The translations under genes and the position numbers were made by a program. The notes under the pieces were generated by a model. That model was not told the DNA's origin. It was given only the letters and a program-made list of their open reading frames with translations, and did no database searches. A stretch of 63,996 bases of DNA, the filler included, from Basidioascus undulatus (Eukaryota): NCBI GenBank assembly GCA_000826855.1. It is 5 parts of 5 records of this genome, joined end to end, with 100 filler letters (N's around TTAATTAATTAA, not from the genome) between each part and the next. Parts side by side here need not be neighbours in the genome. Positions count along the whole stretch, not along the records: positions 1 to 12,879 come from JTLS01000867.1; 4 more parts are not named here. The stretch is one strand, 5' to 3'. Numbering within the stretch: position 1 is the stretch's first letter; each line of letters starts with the position of its first letter. Of the stretch, positions 1-12,979 are shown one piece after another.

Positions 1-343
1 GAGGAGGGAAGAGGGGGAAGGCGCGTGGGGGGATGTACCTGTGGACGCGCCCGCCTGATCAGCCACGCGCTCGCTCTCAACACATGCACCTCACAAAGAA
101 CGCTCACTCACCTGTACAGTCCATCCAACGACCACGCCCAAGAATCCACCACATTCCAACACCGTCCCGTCAGCCCGCCTCTCTTTCCGGCTCCCGACGC
201 GCACGAAAGCAAGCTGACCTGATACTATATCCACAACAAGCAGCACCGTCAGCCCAGGGCGCACAAGGATGACGAGAGCGCGGAGTGTGTGACGTGGAGA
301 AGAACCCGGACGGACCAGAATGCTTCGGATCGAGAACGACCAT
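1..343 (-). CDS. 5' part of an unidentified micro-exon gene, running off the window
   Basis: ATG at 343-341. Putative exons 316-343, 219-224 (6 nt), 108-111 (4 nt) and <=38 have GT..AG borders and CTGAC/CTGAT branch sites. They splice in frame to MVVLDPKHSVSGEYIPP. Confidence 0.4.
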
Positions 344-1867
344 ATCCTCCTAGCCTCGCCTGTGTGTGCCCTTCTGAGCTTGGCAATTGACGCGTCGCGG
401 TGATGGTGGTTGTCAAGTGAAAGATTGAGAGTAAGAATGATGACGATGAGAGCGTAAATGAAGGGGGAGCCGACGGGAGCGGGACACGGCCCAGCAATTA
501 GATGATCGACAATCGACAACAACAGACGGCGGCGGAACGGGTCGGTCGATTGAATCGACCGGGCAGTCACACTGGGTCGCGGTCGCGTGTGTGCTCGTCG
601 GCGTCAGTCGCTGCCGGAGCGGACGAGGATGAGGAAAGCAAAGGAAGATGGGAGGATCGGGGGTGGTGGCCGACCCCGCTGCCGGTCGTGTGCTCGAACG
701 CGAAGACGGGCGGGAAGCGCGGGAGCACTCAAAGCGGGCAGGGAGCGGGCGACAGCCGTCGCGAGTTTCAAGCGCGCGGGGCGAAACGGTTGGGGCAGTT
801 TCTCGCTTTTTCCTTTTTCACCAGGCTTGGTCCTCGAGATGTCGCTCGCGCAGCCAATCGGACACAGATTGAGTGAATTTTATTGAGGATTCATTGGGTT
901 AAAGGCTCGGCAGAGAAGCGAGCACAGACCGGTCGAACGCGACAGACTCGAGGCCTTTATCGCGTCGCATGCGACATTCGCTGGTCAGAACTGCTAGCAG
1001 GCATGACTACCTAGTAGCGGCAGGCAGGAGCTCTTTGAAAAAATAGGACTTATGTTTCAGTTGAAATATTTTAACCCTCACTGCACTCCTTTACGTCTTC
1101 CACCTTCCTCTCCCTCCTCCTTTCCCCACCCCCGCCCTCCGCAGCTCCGCATCCCAACGCCTCCATCAACTCACCATGCCCCGCCATGCCTCCCAATATA
1201 GCCACTCCCTTCCCCAGTGCAAATCCAGTGCAAATCCTCGGCAGCTCTGCCGCAGGTATGCGTGCACGCTCCGTGTGCGGTATGTGCCTGCTTCTCCCGA
1301 AAGGGTGTGGAGTGGGATATTCAGGCGAAGACCGAATGCATTATGGTTTCTGGCTGTCTGAGGTGGTATTACATATGTGTTTTTACAGTATGTAGAGAAG
1401 GAACAAGAAACTGAAGAGCGATGTGTCACTCAGGGGGTTGACTGCCGCATCCCCACCGACTCGGACGATCGCTACGCTGCGGGAATGTCGGAGTCCGCTT
1501 TCCATCGCAGAATTCACCTGATACAAATCAGGGAAGATGTTGTGCCTTAAATCCAGAGGCGGTACAAGTATCATGTAGGCATTTGAGATGCGCATGCACG
1601 AGAGGAACGACCTCCCTAGCATACGCGTTTGCGACCGACAGCCTGCGTCCATGGCTTTCAGTAAACTGTCGGGACAAGTGCCCCAAATGTTTCTTTCTTT
1701 CCTCAGCACCCTCTTAGTCTATCACGCTTGGAAATGGGCAACTAGCCAAGTGCGAGTTCCCCAGAACCGAGCCGGTGCTGCAGTGAGCAGCAGTCCGTTG
1801 CGACGTACAAAGTACAGGGCTTCGACTGTATACCTGTGATTTACCAACAAGCAGGGATCAACTTGGC

Positions 1868-4602
1868 TCAATAGCGGCAGACACAGATCCTTCCGCTACA
1901 CGTGCCCGAAAGCTGTTGCAGGCATTCACAAACTCCCGGCTCCGGGCGGGAGTCGTTCGGGTCGCTGCGAGCTATACTGCTATTCTGGCATGAACCGTCC
2001 CTGAAAATTAAACGTGAGATGATAATGCCCTCGCGTATAGCCATGCTGGACGAACGCCGGCCCGCGTTGCGTACAGCAAGGCAATGCATCCTCCCTGGCA
2101 GCGCCTCAATCTTCAATCTCCATATCAACCTCATCCCCACCCTCATGGCCCTCCTCCCGCCTGCGCCCTCGGTGATGTTCTTTGCTCCCAGCAGCACGTC
2201 CACCCAGCCCTCATCCCCGCCCGACTGGCGCTCGATCCTCACGCTCCTCTCCACGTCCACCTTCATCCTCAAAGCCCACGCCTCCCTCTTCACCTTCTGG
2301 CGCGCCGCTCTCTCCTTGTCTCTCCCCTCCCCCGCTTCGCCTCCTCCACAAGCTCCGCCGCCCCTCCCGATTGCCCCCATGCTGGCGCCCAGGGCACGAA
2401 TCCATCCAGCCCAGCGCGAGGAGACACGCGTTCGAGATGGGGTGGTCCTGGGTGCTCGGACAGGAGCCGCGCTCTGGCTTTGTCGGCCGCGGGGCGCGCG
2501 TCCTTGGCTGTGTCGGAGGCGGCGCACGGCCCGATCGTGGATGGATTGGCGAAGAAGGCTACCAGCGGGGTGCCGTTAGGTCGCAGGCGGCGGGTATCGC
2601 AAGGAAACGCGAATCGTGAAACCGCACGAAGGTCCGGGAGCCCCTCAAGTGGCGTAGAGTAATGGATTTATGCACGCCGGATCTTGTGCTTCTTGGAGTG
2701 TGGTTGCGGAGATATAGAGACGAGGTTAAGAAGAGGTAGAGGAGACGCTCACATGTTGCCTAGCTGACGAAGTGATCGACGATCTCCTCGAGCGGCCATT
2801 CGACGGTTTTAGGGAGCGGCACGACGAGCATGTTCCACCATGTGCGGACGTGCTCGGGCGGGTGCCACGTCGCCGTGTCGGAAGTAGACGCTGGCGGATT
2901 TGGATTCACCGGACGCGCTGAGAGACTCGGAGGGAGCGGCCACGTTGGTTGGGCGGCATAACGCCAGCGGACGGCGCAGTAGGTGGCCGAATAAAAGGAA
3001 GGGGCGGTCGCGAAGCTGTCGGGCCCCTCGGGGGGTGGTGCGCGACAGCGAGAGGCGGCTTTGAAGGGCCAGACGGCGTCGAGCGGGCTGCTTACTCTGG
3101 TTCAACCCGTCTCGCGTCTTCTTTTCCTTAGGCTCCTGCGGATGGGAGGCGGCCGAAGCGGTCGTGGATGCGAAATTGGGTGAAGGAGCTTGTGCGGAAT
3201 TGGATGAAAGGGTGGATGCGGATGTGGATGAAAGGGTGGATGTGGATGGCGAGGGGAAAACGTTGGTAGCAGCTAGGGAATAGCGATGGATGGGTGAGTA
3301 ATGATTGATCGATAGCCCTGACACTGCTGCTGTTGCGATGGAAGAGAATCTTTTCTGTCAGATGCGGGGCCTTCCTCTTTGCCGAGGAAGAAGGGGCCGG
3401 CGGTAATGGTACTTCGAGGTCTGGCGGAGCGGAGCGCCAGTCGACGCTCGGATGCTGCGCGAGGAGGTAATTCCGCGCGACGGCGTACGCCTCCTTATCC
3501 GCATTCGTTTGCGCAAACGTGTTTGCCGGAGTTGCCCACGTAGCGGTAAAGGGAGGCGAGCCGCCGAATAGTGATGACCATGCGCAGAGCGTGTCGTACG
3601 CGGCGAGCATCCGAGGGAATGTGACGAAGACACAGCGGGCGCAGACGCCTCTTGGCAGGTTATATTCAGGCTGAAGACCAATTAATAATAAGGAAGCTTC
3701 AGCTTCGAACCGGCATGCAGAGGAAGCGATGGGTCGATGGGCCAGCGCTCGAGAGACGCGTCCAACGCACATTTGGCCGTATCCCTGGAGCGATTCAAGG
3801 TCGACGAAGCAGTGATCGTATGCGTCCAGTGTATGAGCGACACAGACATGTCAGCGGAGAGCAGGCAACAGCTCGTGAGATGGCGGGGGAGATCAAGAGC
3901 TGGTGGCGGGCGGAGGAAAGATGCCGCCGCGCGCTCTGCTCATCCTCTTGGCTTTGACCGCCATCGTCTCCCGTCGTGCTCGCCATTCTTGCACACTGAC
4001 AACCTTCGACATGGACCACTCGAAACCTCGAGCGCCTCGTCTAATAGCCTAGATGCGCACGATCATTATTTCCAGGGTGCCGGACAGCATCCCCTCGCGT
4101 CACCTCAAGATCAAATTCAAGTCCTCGACCTTGACCGCGTCCGCTGAACTCCCTCGCATCCTCTCTCAACCCTCTGAACCTCCCCCACCACCTCTGTCGC
4201 CACCTGCCCCCTCGAAACTTCCTCAGTCCGAACCGAAAGCTGAGCCGGCCGAGCAGTCCCCGCACGCAGACACTCATCCACCACCACCGCCTTCCCGATC
4301 CGCGTCTTCTCCTCTTCCACCACCGCCGCACTCCCGACCCGCGACTTCCCCGCATCCGCTGCGGCGCGCTGCCACTTCCCTCCACGCAGATACTCACCTA
4401 TCGCATGCGGGTGCGACAATACCACATCGTACGTCACGTCTGGCCCGCTGCCGATGGCGGCGACCTCGGAGGACGCTTGGGCTGAGGTGCTGCTGGCGGT
4501 CAAGAGGATGGCGACAGATTGGGTGGCGGAGAGCTGAAGGGCGGCGTCGGGGACCGACACATAGTATATTGGCTTCTCTTTGAGGCGTGTGAAGAAGGAC
4601 AA
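1868..4602 (-). CDS. Hypothetical multi-exon protein, possibly with RRM-like segments; boundaries approximate, frameshifted
   Basis: Coding-looking blocks MSFFTRLKEKPIYYV..., LLLIGLQPEYNL..CVFVTFPRMLAAYDTL, NMLVVPLPKTVEWPLEEIVDHF..(GNI)..KSITLRHLRGSRTFVRF and ERAARQKVKREAWALRMKVDV. FVxF motifs resemble RNP1. Confidence 0.35.
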
Positions 4603-5333
4603 GGCCGCAGGTGATTTGCGTGAGAGATGTGTATAAGGGGTGAGCGTGACTGCGAGCGTGTCGCGGGTCTCGAACGGAAGCTCGTTACTGCCATTGGAAA
4701 GGTTCTCGACTGCAGATAATTTACTACAGTGAATTTTTCAAAGCGAAATAGACCTGGGAGGTAGTGGGAGCCAATGCCGATCTTGGGCGACGGGTTTCGT
4801 ACTTAGCACTTTGTTGCCCCGACGCCAGCAGCCCGGACGACCTGTCAGTTTCGCCCGCACTGGTTCTGAAGAGATGTCAGCCATAGCATCTCTTCTCTTA
4901 CAGTCTACAAAGGCTTTGCATGATCATTGCATAGCTAGTTTGTAAACCTGCGGCCCGAAGCAGTAATCGACCTTCAATGCGAGAAACCTGCCACGTTGAA
5001 ACTTCGAAGGTCGGCGTGCAGCGTTTTACCTTACTGTGAGACGGATTATGAAAATAATTCGTTGAGATAATAAAGTTCTGAAAGATCTCACTTGTACAGC
5101 AGCCCAGGCTTGCCTTTCTTGAGGATGGTCCGGGAGTGCCACACGCGATGCGTCCATCAAGGCCCCACGTGAACCATGACCCTGGTCAGACAGGAACTAA
5201 TAGAGAAGGAAAAAGTGGTCTTGACCAAAAAAACGTATGCGATGATTAGGCAAAACGTTCTTGTAAAATAATACAGTACGAGGGTATCTAGGGGGTCCCC
5301 GGGCACATGCAAAGCGAGTCCTTCGTCGCGTGC

Positions 5334-8300
5334 TCAGCGAAAACGGACACGGAGGAGGTAGCGGATCTGTTGAAGCTCAAGCGTGATCAGCGAAACTTAC
5401 ATTGGTGTGACAGCAGCGGAGGAGCTCACTTTGATTTGCGAGACCTGTCGACACGATGACAATGTCAGTTTCCTCGTCTGAAACATGGTCGAGCACAGGA
5501 AAGGGAACTTGCGTTGTAGGCTGTGCGTTTGTCCGATAGAATCACAATCAGATTTGCGAGAAAGCATGCAACGAAACAGATCCGCACCGATGAGCTCGTC
5601 ATACTGGAGATATGCGCCGGGTGTGGTGTTCTATTTCAACATAACGCGCTTGGCGATCAGCCCAGATCGGAAAGAGAAACGAGAACAGCATTGAACGGAA
5701 GAAAGCTTACGTCCTGCAGTCCTCCCGCCGGCATCTGCACGCCACGCAGCTCCTCGTTGCCCGTGGCCTCCCCGGCGTCTTGCCAGCCTGCGGGCTGGGT
5801 GCGTCCGATGCCCTTGGTGACGAGCTTCCCGGCAGCCTGCTCGGTCACCAAGGGTTAGCCCCCAGCTCAGTCAAGTACGGAAAAGATTGACGCACGTAGC
5901 AGTTCTCCTTGGCGTTGTAGTCGGCTGCGCGGTCGTAACAGCAGGGTCAGCAGGGTCCCCGAGCGAGCGAAGCAGGCCTCAAGGCGCTCACCGTTGGTCA
6001 GCTCAAAGAGCGATTCGCCGAGCTGGACCTCACACAGGAGGAGAAGGCCGGTGTTGTCCGACAGATGGTGGTACGTGTACCCCGCGCTCTTCGAGAAGAC
6101 GTTGGCAAAGTAGGCGCCCTTGCCGAACATGTCTGAACAAACCAAAGCGGTTGTTAGGACTACGGTTCGAGGTAGAAGGAAGGGTAGAGGAGAGAGGCAG
6201 GGACTTACAGCCAGAAACGGGAGCTTCGGGCGGGGCGATGCGCAGACCTGCGAGGCGGCAAAGGTGGGAAGTGTGAGCAAAGATTCAGATCAATACATTA
6301 GGCTCGCCTTACCTTGACGCAGGATACCTGTCAGGCATGGAAGGCGTGTCAGAAATGACTGACATTGAAAATGTACACCAAAACTCGCCCGCATAGTTGG
6401 TAACGCGCCTGTGTCGACGGAATTTCAGGTCAGTCAGCGCTGCCCAAGGTACAGAATGGGATCACACGCACGAGCCGTGCCAGAGCAGAGCACGTTTGCC
6501 ATTCGCGATCTTGTCGAACCCTTCCTGGACGTAACGCTCCTCCTCTCCCGGCCTTCACGCGCATCATCGGCTCAAGGTTAGCGCTCCCTTGCTCGGTGCA
6601 GCGGCGCCTCGTTGGAAGCAACTTACCGAACGACCTTGAAGATGTCTTCCACCCTAACGTTGGACGTCCAGCCATGCGTGCTGCCCCTCGTGTTCAGCGT
6701 ATACTCCTCGAGAGCCTTGAACTCCTTGGACTTCCGATCGAGCGGGTCGATCGACTTGAGTTCGAGGCCTGCGAACGACGAGTCGAGGGGTTGATCGGTT
6801 CGCCATCCGCCGCGCGCGGCTGCGTGTTCTCGAGGATGGTCGCGGCGACTTTGAGGTCGGACAGCGCGTCGACGAGCTCGAGCTGGCGCTCGAGGAGTGC
6901 TTTGGTGTTGATAGGTTCAGGCTAATGATGAAGGTCAACAGGAATGAAAAGCGCGGAGATGAGAGGGAGGGAACGAACACGACGGCGACCGCTGTGAGCG
7001 AGGAACCGTTAGAAATGTGGGCATTTGAGCTGTGAGAAACTGGAAGAGGGCTTACAAGTCGTGAGGGATGACGCTGAGGTAGCGCTCGGTCAGGCGCGTT
7101 GTCGCCTCGGCAAAGCCGCCGAGGTTCGCAACCGCTTGACTGTTGGGCGAGTCGATCACGTCCGCCAGTTCTTTGACGACTTCGAACCCCTGGAGAGAGA
7201 CACAAACGTCAGAGACCTCGCAAGCGACGCAGAAACAAACCAGAGCACCCTCAGCATCGTGCTCTTCGCCAGGTTGCCGAGAGGGAGCCTTTCCGCCAGG
7301 AACATGGTGTAAGTACACGAGTAGCTGATCATTTAAAAAGAGGTAGGACGCACTTGTTCGCGTCGTAGGATAGAGAAGCAAGGAAAGCGGCCTGGAAGCT
7401 GCTGTTGAAGATCAACTTGGCCAAGTTCTGCGGGAAAAGCCGATGGGGTCAAGCCTCTTCAAACAGTGGATCGGATCGCGGCGCATACTTGAACAGGGGG
7501 AGGTAGCTTGCTAGGCACGTCCGGAGCCCTCTTGGAAGGAGACTTCGATGGGCTGGCCAAGCCGGACGGGCCTTCGCCGGCATCCTCCGCATCGTCCCCG
7601 TCGTCCGCCTCGTAGTTGCGCTCGATGAACATGTACTTGCCTTGACGGAACTCAGACGGTCAGAGAAAGCCACGGCAGATAAGGGAAGCTGAGGAGCGCA
7701 CCCTTCTTCGCAGTCATGCCGATGCGCTGTTCCCAAGGAACGCCGGCCTTGGACTTGAACTGCTTCTTGAACTCCTGTAGCATAGTGAATGCGCATGAGC
7801 GTGTGTGGTTGCCTCTTGCGAAAGGGTAAACGCACATTGACCGCGGTCGGCGGCTGGAATGGGCCAGCAGATCAAGGGTTCAAACAGGGCTGCGTCCTGG
7901 GCAATGGGTCTGATGCGCACCCTTCTTCTGCTGCTGCCCGTTCTCTCCCACGCGGCCCCAGCGAGTCTTTCAGAGGGGATTCTAGGTCAGCTCAAGTCAA
8001 CAGACTGCGTTATGCGAAGGTCGCGTACGAAGAGCGTTGCAGGACCGCCAGCGTCACTGTAAACCGTCAAGATGAGTCGGATAGTAGACGATGCAGCTTA
8101 AACACCACGCACGGCTGGAGCAGCTGCATGATATAGCTAGCAAGGGGGTTAAGCACTTCAAGGCATCCAGGCTATTCGGCAGGTCACTACTCACAACTTG
8201 TTGGAGCTGCGCGGAAGGATGTGTGATCAGTGAAACTGGCTCAAGGAAGCGACAAAACTCGAATGCACTTGGCTCCGATGTCTAAGCCATACCAAGCTGT

Positions 8301-9125
8301 CAGCGGTGCAGTCTATACAGAGGGGGAAGAGGAAGCCGTACTGGTCTGATTGAGAGTAGCCTCACAAGTCTCGCCAGACTCGACAAGGACGTGGTGAGTA
8401 GCTGTGCGGATCCCAAAACGAAGAACCATCAGTAACGCGCTCAGGAGACGCCCAGAGGGAGCAACAGCGCACCAGCCATCCCAGAGAGAGCATTAACCGG
8501 AGCACCTGGGCCCTTGACGAGGACGTTGGTCATCTTGGATGCCGGCGGCGGCGGCGGGGACGGCTTCGCAGCAGGCGCGGCCTTGCCCTTGCCCTTGCCT
8601 TTGGCGGCGACGGTGGTCCTGCGCTTCTTCGCCGGCGACGGCGCGGCGTCCTTCGCCCCCTCCTCGTCCTCCTCCTCGTCCAGAGCGCGCTTGCTCCTAG
8701 CAGCAGGAGCCTTCCCCTGAGCGTCAACGGCATCGTTGGCGTCGGCGCCCTTGCCGAGGGCGTACGAGGCCTCGTCCGCCTTCTTTCCCTCCTCCTTGGA
8801 AGTCAGAAGCCAGTCGAGGCTGACGAGGTGCGGGGCGGGCGAGACCTCGCGAGCCTTCGCGACCTTGGCGGACGGCTTGTTGAAGTCGGTATCGGTGACG
8901 ACGAGGTGGGTAACTGTGTCGTCGATGGTACCGGCGGAGGTCCCGCCGAGGGAGGTCACGATTTTGCCGAGTACGCCTGGGGGAGGGGGGTATATATGAG
9001 TTCCACATCGACAGCCCAGACGAGCGACCCCTGGGGACAGCAGAAACCACGAGCTCACCATGAGTCTGCCCCTTCCCAAACGTCCCACTGAATACCACCA
9101 CACAGCCAGCAAGAGGGTTCGCCAT
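5334..9125 (-). CDS. PARP: Poly(ADP-ribose) polymerase, fungal BRCT-WGR-regulatory-catalytic type (PrpA/NPO-like), many introns
   Basis: BRCT: MANPLAGCVVVFSGTF..VTHLVVT..LVSLDWL. WGR: ATLNQTNIGANSNKFYIMQLL..FTRWGRVGENG. Regulatory: LTERYLSVIPH..LELVDALSDL. Catalytic: LLWHGSRVTNYAGILRQG, MFGKGAYFANVFSKSAGY, LLLLCEVQLG, LQYDELIAYNVSQIKIRYLLRVRFR*. H-Y-E triad intact. Confidence 0.96.
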
Positions 9126-9688
9126 CGTCAGTAGATAGTCGGTCTGTAACCGGACAACGGTCGGTTTCGGCGTCAGTCGAACGGAAGCAGGTTATGTCAG
9201 GATTGAGCCGCACGGTTGATCAGGGAGGTAGGAGTTCGCTTGCGTTTATACCAGGCCAGTGAGGGCAAGATGATGGTGCAGAGAGGAGGTGTGCATGCGT
9301 CCGGCAGGCGTTTCATATGAGGCGATGCGAGCCACGCCGGAGTCGAAGGCTGTGTGCACGCGGCTCACAGGCCCCGGCTCGAGTCGTCGGCTCCTCCCCG
9401 CACGCACGGACGACCTTTATATACATAGTAATGCTATCTGAATGAGTCAGGACCTGAAATGCCGAATCTACGAGAACGAATGGAAGAGCCAAAGATGCGT
9501 GCGCGATGCATGTGTGAATGTGTGGGTGTTGTGACAGTTACAGTACGTTTTTTGACAGTGTCAGAATGCGGATACGGCGTTAACCGAGTGTGCGCGACTC
9601 AAACGCTCTACACGACAAAATGTCGCCCAAGCGACAAGAGGCCAAAGTGATTGGAACAATGAGCGTGCGCGAGATGAATGCGAAGCCA

Positions 9689-9719
9689 GAGTCCAGTCCA
9701 GTCCAGTCCAGTCCAGTCC
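9689..9719. repeat. (AGTCC)n pentanucleotide microsatellite
   Basis: About 6 tandem AGTCC units just downstream of the kinase gene. Confidence 0.9.
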
Positions 9720-9748
9720 CTCCTCAAAGATTCCATTCCTTCCCCTCT

Positions 9749-12700
9749 TCAACCCCTCCTCGCGCTCTTGCTCACAGGCGTGCCCGCGCTTTCCCTCCTC
9801 GCACGGCTCCTCGTACGCGGACCGCTCCCCGCCGTCGAGGGCGTCTCGACCTCCGCCTCCGCCCCGTCGCTCCGGCGCGGCGTCTTTGCGCGCTTGGACT
9901 GCGGCTTCTGCAAAGACGGGGACGACCCGGTCGGGCTGGTCGGGAAGTCGCGCGACTCGCGCATTTGCTCGTCGGTGTCGTCTTCGGGGAGCGGAGGTGG
10001 GGAGGAGAGGGAGGAGCCGAACTCGTCGAAGGGCTTTTTGCGCTTAAGTGCGGAGGAGGTCGGTTGTCGGACGATGGAGGTGGCGGGGGCGGTAATGGGA
10101 GGGGCGGGAGAGTGCGGGGCCGACTGTTGCCGCTGCTGCTGCTAAGCGATATCGCGAGCCTCCCCAGTCGAGACGCTCCACCCGCTCATCTCCGCCTGTT
10201 CCCCAAGCACATCAACCCCCTCCCACCGCTCATCCCGCCCCACAACCAGCGGATCCTGCTCAATCCCGCCCTCCGTTCCCGCCCCCGCCCTAGGCCCGGG
10301 CAACCCAAAGCTGTCCCTCACGACCCTCGCGCCTATGCCCTCCGTATGCTCGGGCGTGTCGAGCTGCAGCTTCCCGAGGTCTTGGGAGCACGAGATGTCC
10401 GAGTTCATTGAGGCGGACGCGGCGAGGGGCGTAGGCGCTGGAGGGGGAAAGGCCGTGGAGGCGGCGGTGGTGTCGGATGGGGAAGTAGAGGCGAATGATA
10501 TGGATGCGGAGGGAAGCGGCGGAAGGTCCCGTAGCCAGGGGTGCGATGTCGCTGCGGTTAGGGACATGCGGTTTCGCGGGTCGTTGGTGAGCAGTCGCCG
10601 GATGAAATCGATGCCTTGTCAGAGCGAAAGTATCAGCATGTGTGCGTCCCCAGCCGAGCGAATGCGCAGAACGCGCAAGCGACGCACCGACAGGGGATAT
10701 GTTCAGTTGCTCGAGGATGGAGTAGTCCACCTGGCGCTTGAGCACGCGCTCTTGCAACGGCTCGTCCTCCTGCTCGTCGAACGGCGAGGCGTTGCACAAC
10801 CTGCAAAGCCAAGAATCATAGTTCAGCATTCCCCCTGTGTCTTTCGCTGGTCTTAAGAATAACTGACATGGAATAAACGATCTGCAACGCAAACCCGTCA
10901 GCAATCCTTCTTCCCGGAAGGCCCACAGGAAAGGGCAGCATGTACCACGCCGACGCTCCACGAGTCCACCGCCTGGTCGTACCCGACGTCTTCACTGCGC
11001 GTGACGATCTCGGGCGCGAGGTAGCTAGGCGTGCCGCACATGGTTTCTGTTCATCCAGCTCCCTCGCTCAGCTACCTCTCCTTCCTGCGCCGGCGGCACT
11101 GGGACGCACTCAGGTATGTCCGGCTGTCGACGGCTTTTGCCAGACCGAAATCGGTAATCTTGACCTGCGGGCGTTTCTTTGATCCCTCAGACGGGAGGGA
11201 GAGGAGAATGTTCTGCGGGTTGCGTGTTCGCGGTCAGACCTCCGGGCCAGAAAAATAATTACGGGATTGAACGATACCTCTGGCTTGAGGTCGCGATGCG
11301 TGATGCCCTTGGAGTGGGTGTACTATTCGATCGCTGGGCGTCAGCCCTATGCGCCCTGTACATAGCAATAGAAAAGGGTGAACACACTGCCATCCCAGCG
11401 CAGACCTGCTTCGTGATGTCCTTCGTCTCCGCCTCGTCTGATACCACCGCGCCGTGTCAGCGTCCCCGCGACTGAGATCTCCCATCAACACTGTAAGGAT
11501 ATCGAGAGGCTTCATGACGCACCCAATCCGCCCCGGTTGATGATATAGTCCAGCAAGTCCCCGCCGGCGACGTACTCCATGACGATGTAGATCATCTGCC
11601 CCACCTCTCACACTGATCAACCGGCCGCACTTGCCCAATCAGCACGCACAAGTGCGGCGGACGGACCTGCTCGTCCTCAAACATATTGATGAAGCGGGTG
11701 ATGTTTGGCTGAACGGATCGGGGTAAGCGTCCAAGCCGTCGATCGCAGGCAGCCCTGGTCACGGGGGCTACGCACATGATCCAGCTCCTGCAGAATCTCG
11801 ACCTCGCGCTCAAACATCCTAACCGTCTTGGGGTTCTGCTTCCCTTCGCTTCAGCGTTTGCCTCGCATATAACGGCAAACAGAGAAAGCGCAAGGAAGAG
11901 TGCGGACGAACCATTGCGAACCGGTGCTTCGCAATGATCTTGACAGCGCGCATTTCGCCCGTTTCGCGGTCGTACGCCTTCTTGACGGTGGCGAACGAGC
12001 CCTTGCCGATCTGGTCGCTGCTCCGTCGATTAATGTCAGCAAGATTACCGCCACGGTAGAGGGGAGATGGAGTCGCTGCAGGGACGAAAGGCGAGGAAGT
12101 GGATGGGGCCACGTACCCGAACTCGTAGCGGGCGAACACGCCGCCGCCAGCGAACTCGTCGATCGGTTGCGACCTCGTGCGAGAGGGGATGCGGAGCATG
12201 TAGCCTGTTCCCACCCGTCCAGGGAAGAAGACGCACGTCCATTGGGCATGTCAGTAGAAGGCCGACATGCGCAGAATAAACGGAGAGTAAGAGACAGCAG
12301 TGGGGAGGTGGAGAATGGAAAAGCGGAAAGGCTCGCTCACGGAAGTCGTCTGGCCCATGTATTTCGACCGCGGCGGGGTTGCCGAGGCTGATCTCGTCGC
12401 CGTGCTTGAGGAGCGCGCGCTTGCCCTTGCCCACCTTGACGCCGTTGACCTGCCATTGCCACCCGCCTGAGAGTGAGCGGTGTATGCGCAGGTTAGAGCG
12501 TATATCGGGCGCATACGTAAGTCCCGTTCGACCTGTGAGCCGAGAGCGTGAGGTTCCGTGTGCGAGGAAGGGAACAGGAAACAGCAGGGACGCACGACAG
12601 GTCCTCGAGAATCACCACGATCTCGGCAGGCTGGCTGAGCCCATCTCCACCTCCACCCCGGATGACCCTACAATGGAAGTTGCCTATCCAGTCTACCTCC

Positions 12701-12879
12701 CCATCAGCCGACCTCTCCTCTCCCTCCCGGCTTCCCGACATCGGCCAAAGACGTACTGATCTTCTTTCCCGCCAACACCACCTCGTTTCCATCACCGTGC
12801 CTCCCAAAGCGATACTCCCTCCGGTCATTCAAGAAGGTGACCATCGCCTTCCCCCCGCCGCCGACGGACTCGAACAGCC
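9749..12879 (-). CDS. CHK2: FHA-domain Ser/Thr kinase, Chk2/Rad53/Cds1 family; 5' end cut by the contig break
   Basis: [40 protein letters not shown]. Kinase: [76 protein letters not shown]. The low-complexity tail contains an in-frame TAG at 10144-10142. Confidence 0.92.
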
Positions 12880-12979
12880 NNNNNNNNNNNNNNNNNNNNN
12901 NNNNNNNNNNNNNNNNNNNNNNNTTAATTAATTAANNNNNNNNNNNNNNNNNNNNNNNNNNNNNNNNNNNNNNNNNNNN
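12880..12979. other. Artificial contig linker
   Basis: 44 N + TTAATTAATTAA (stops in all six frames) + 44 N. Confidence 0.99.

Noticed and set aside
12924..12935. TTAATTAATTAA palindrome recurring about every 13 kb as a biological motif or array
   Set aside because: It is always centred in 88 Ns and is a standard six-frame-stop spacer added during assembly.
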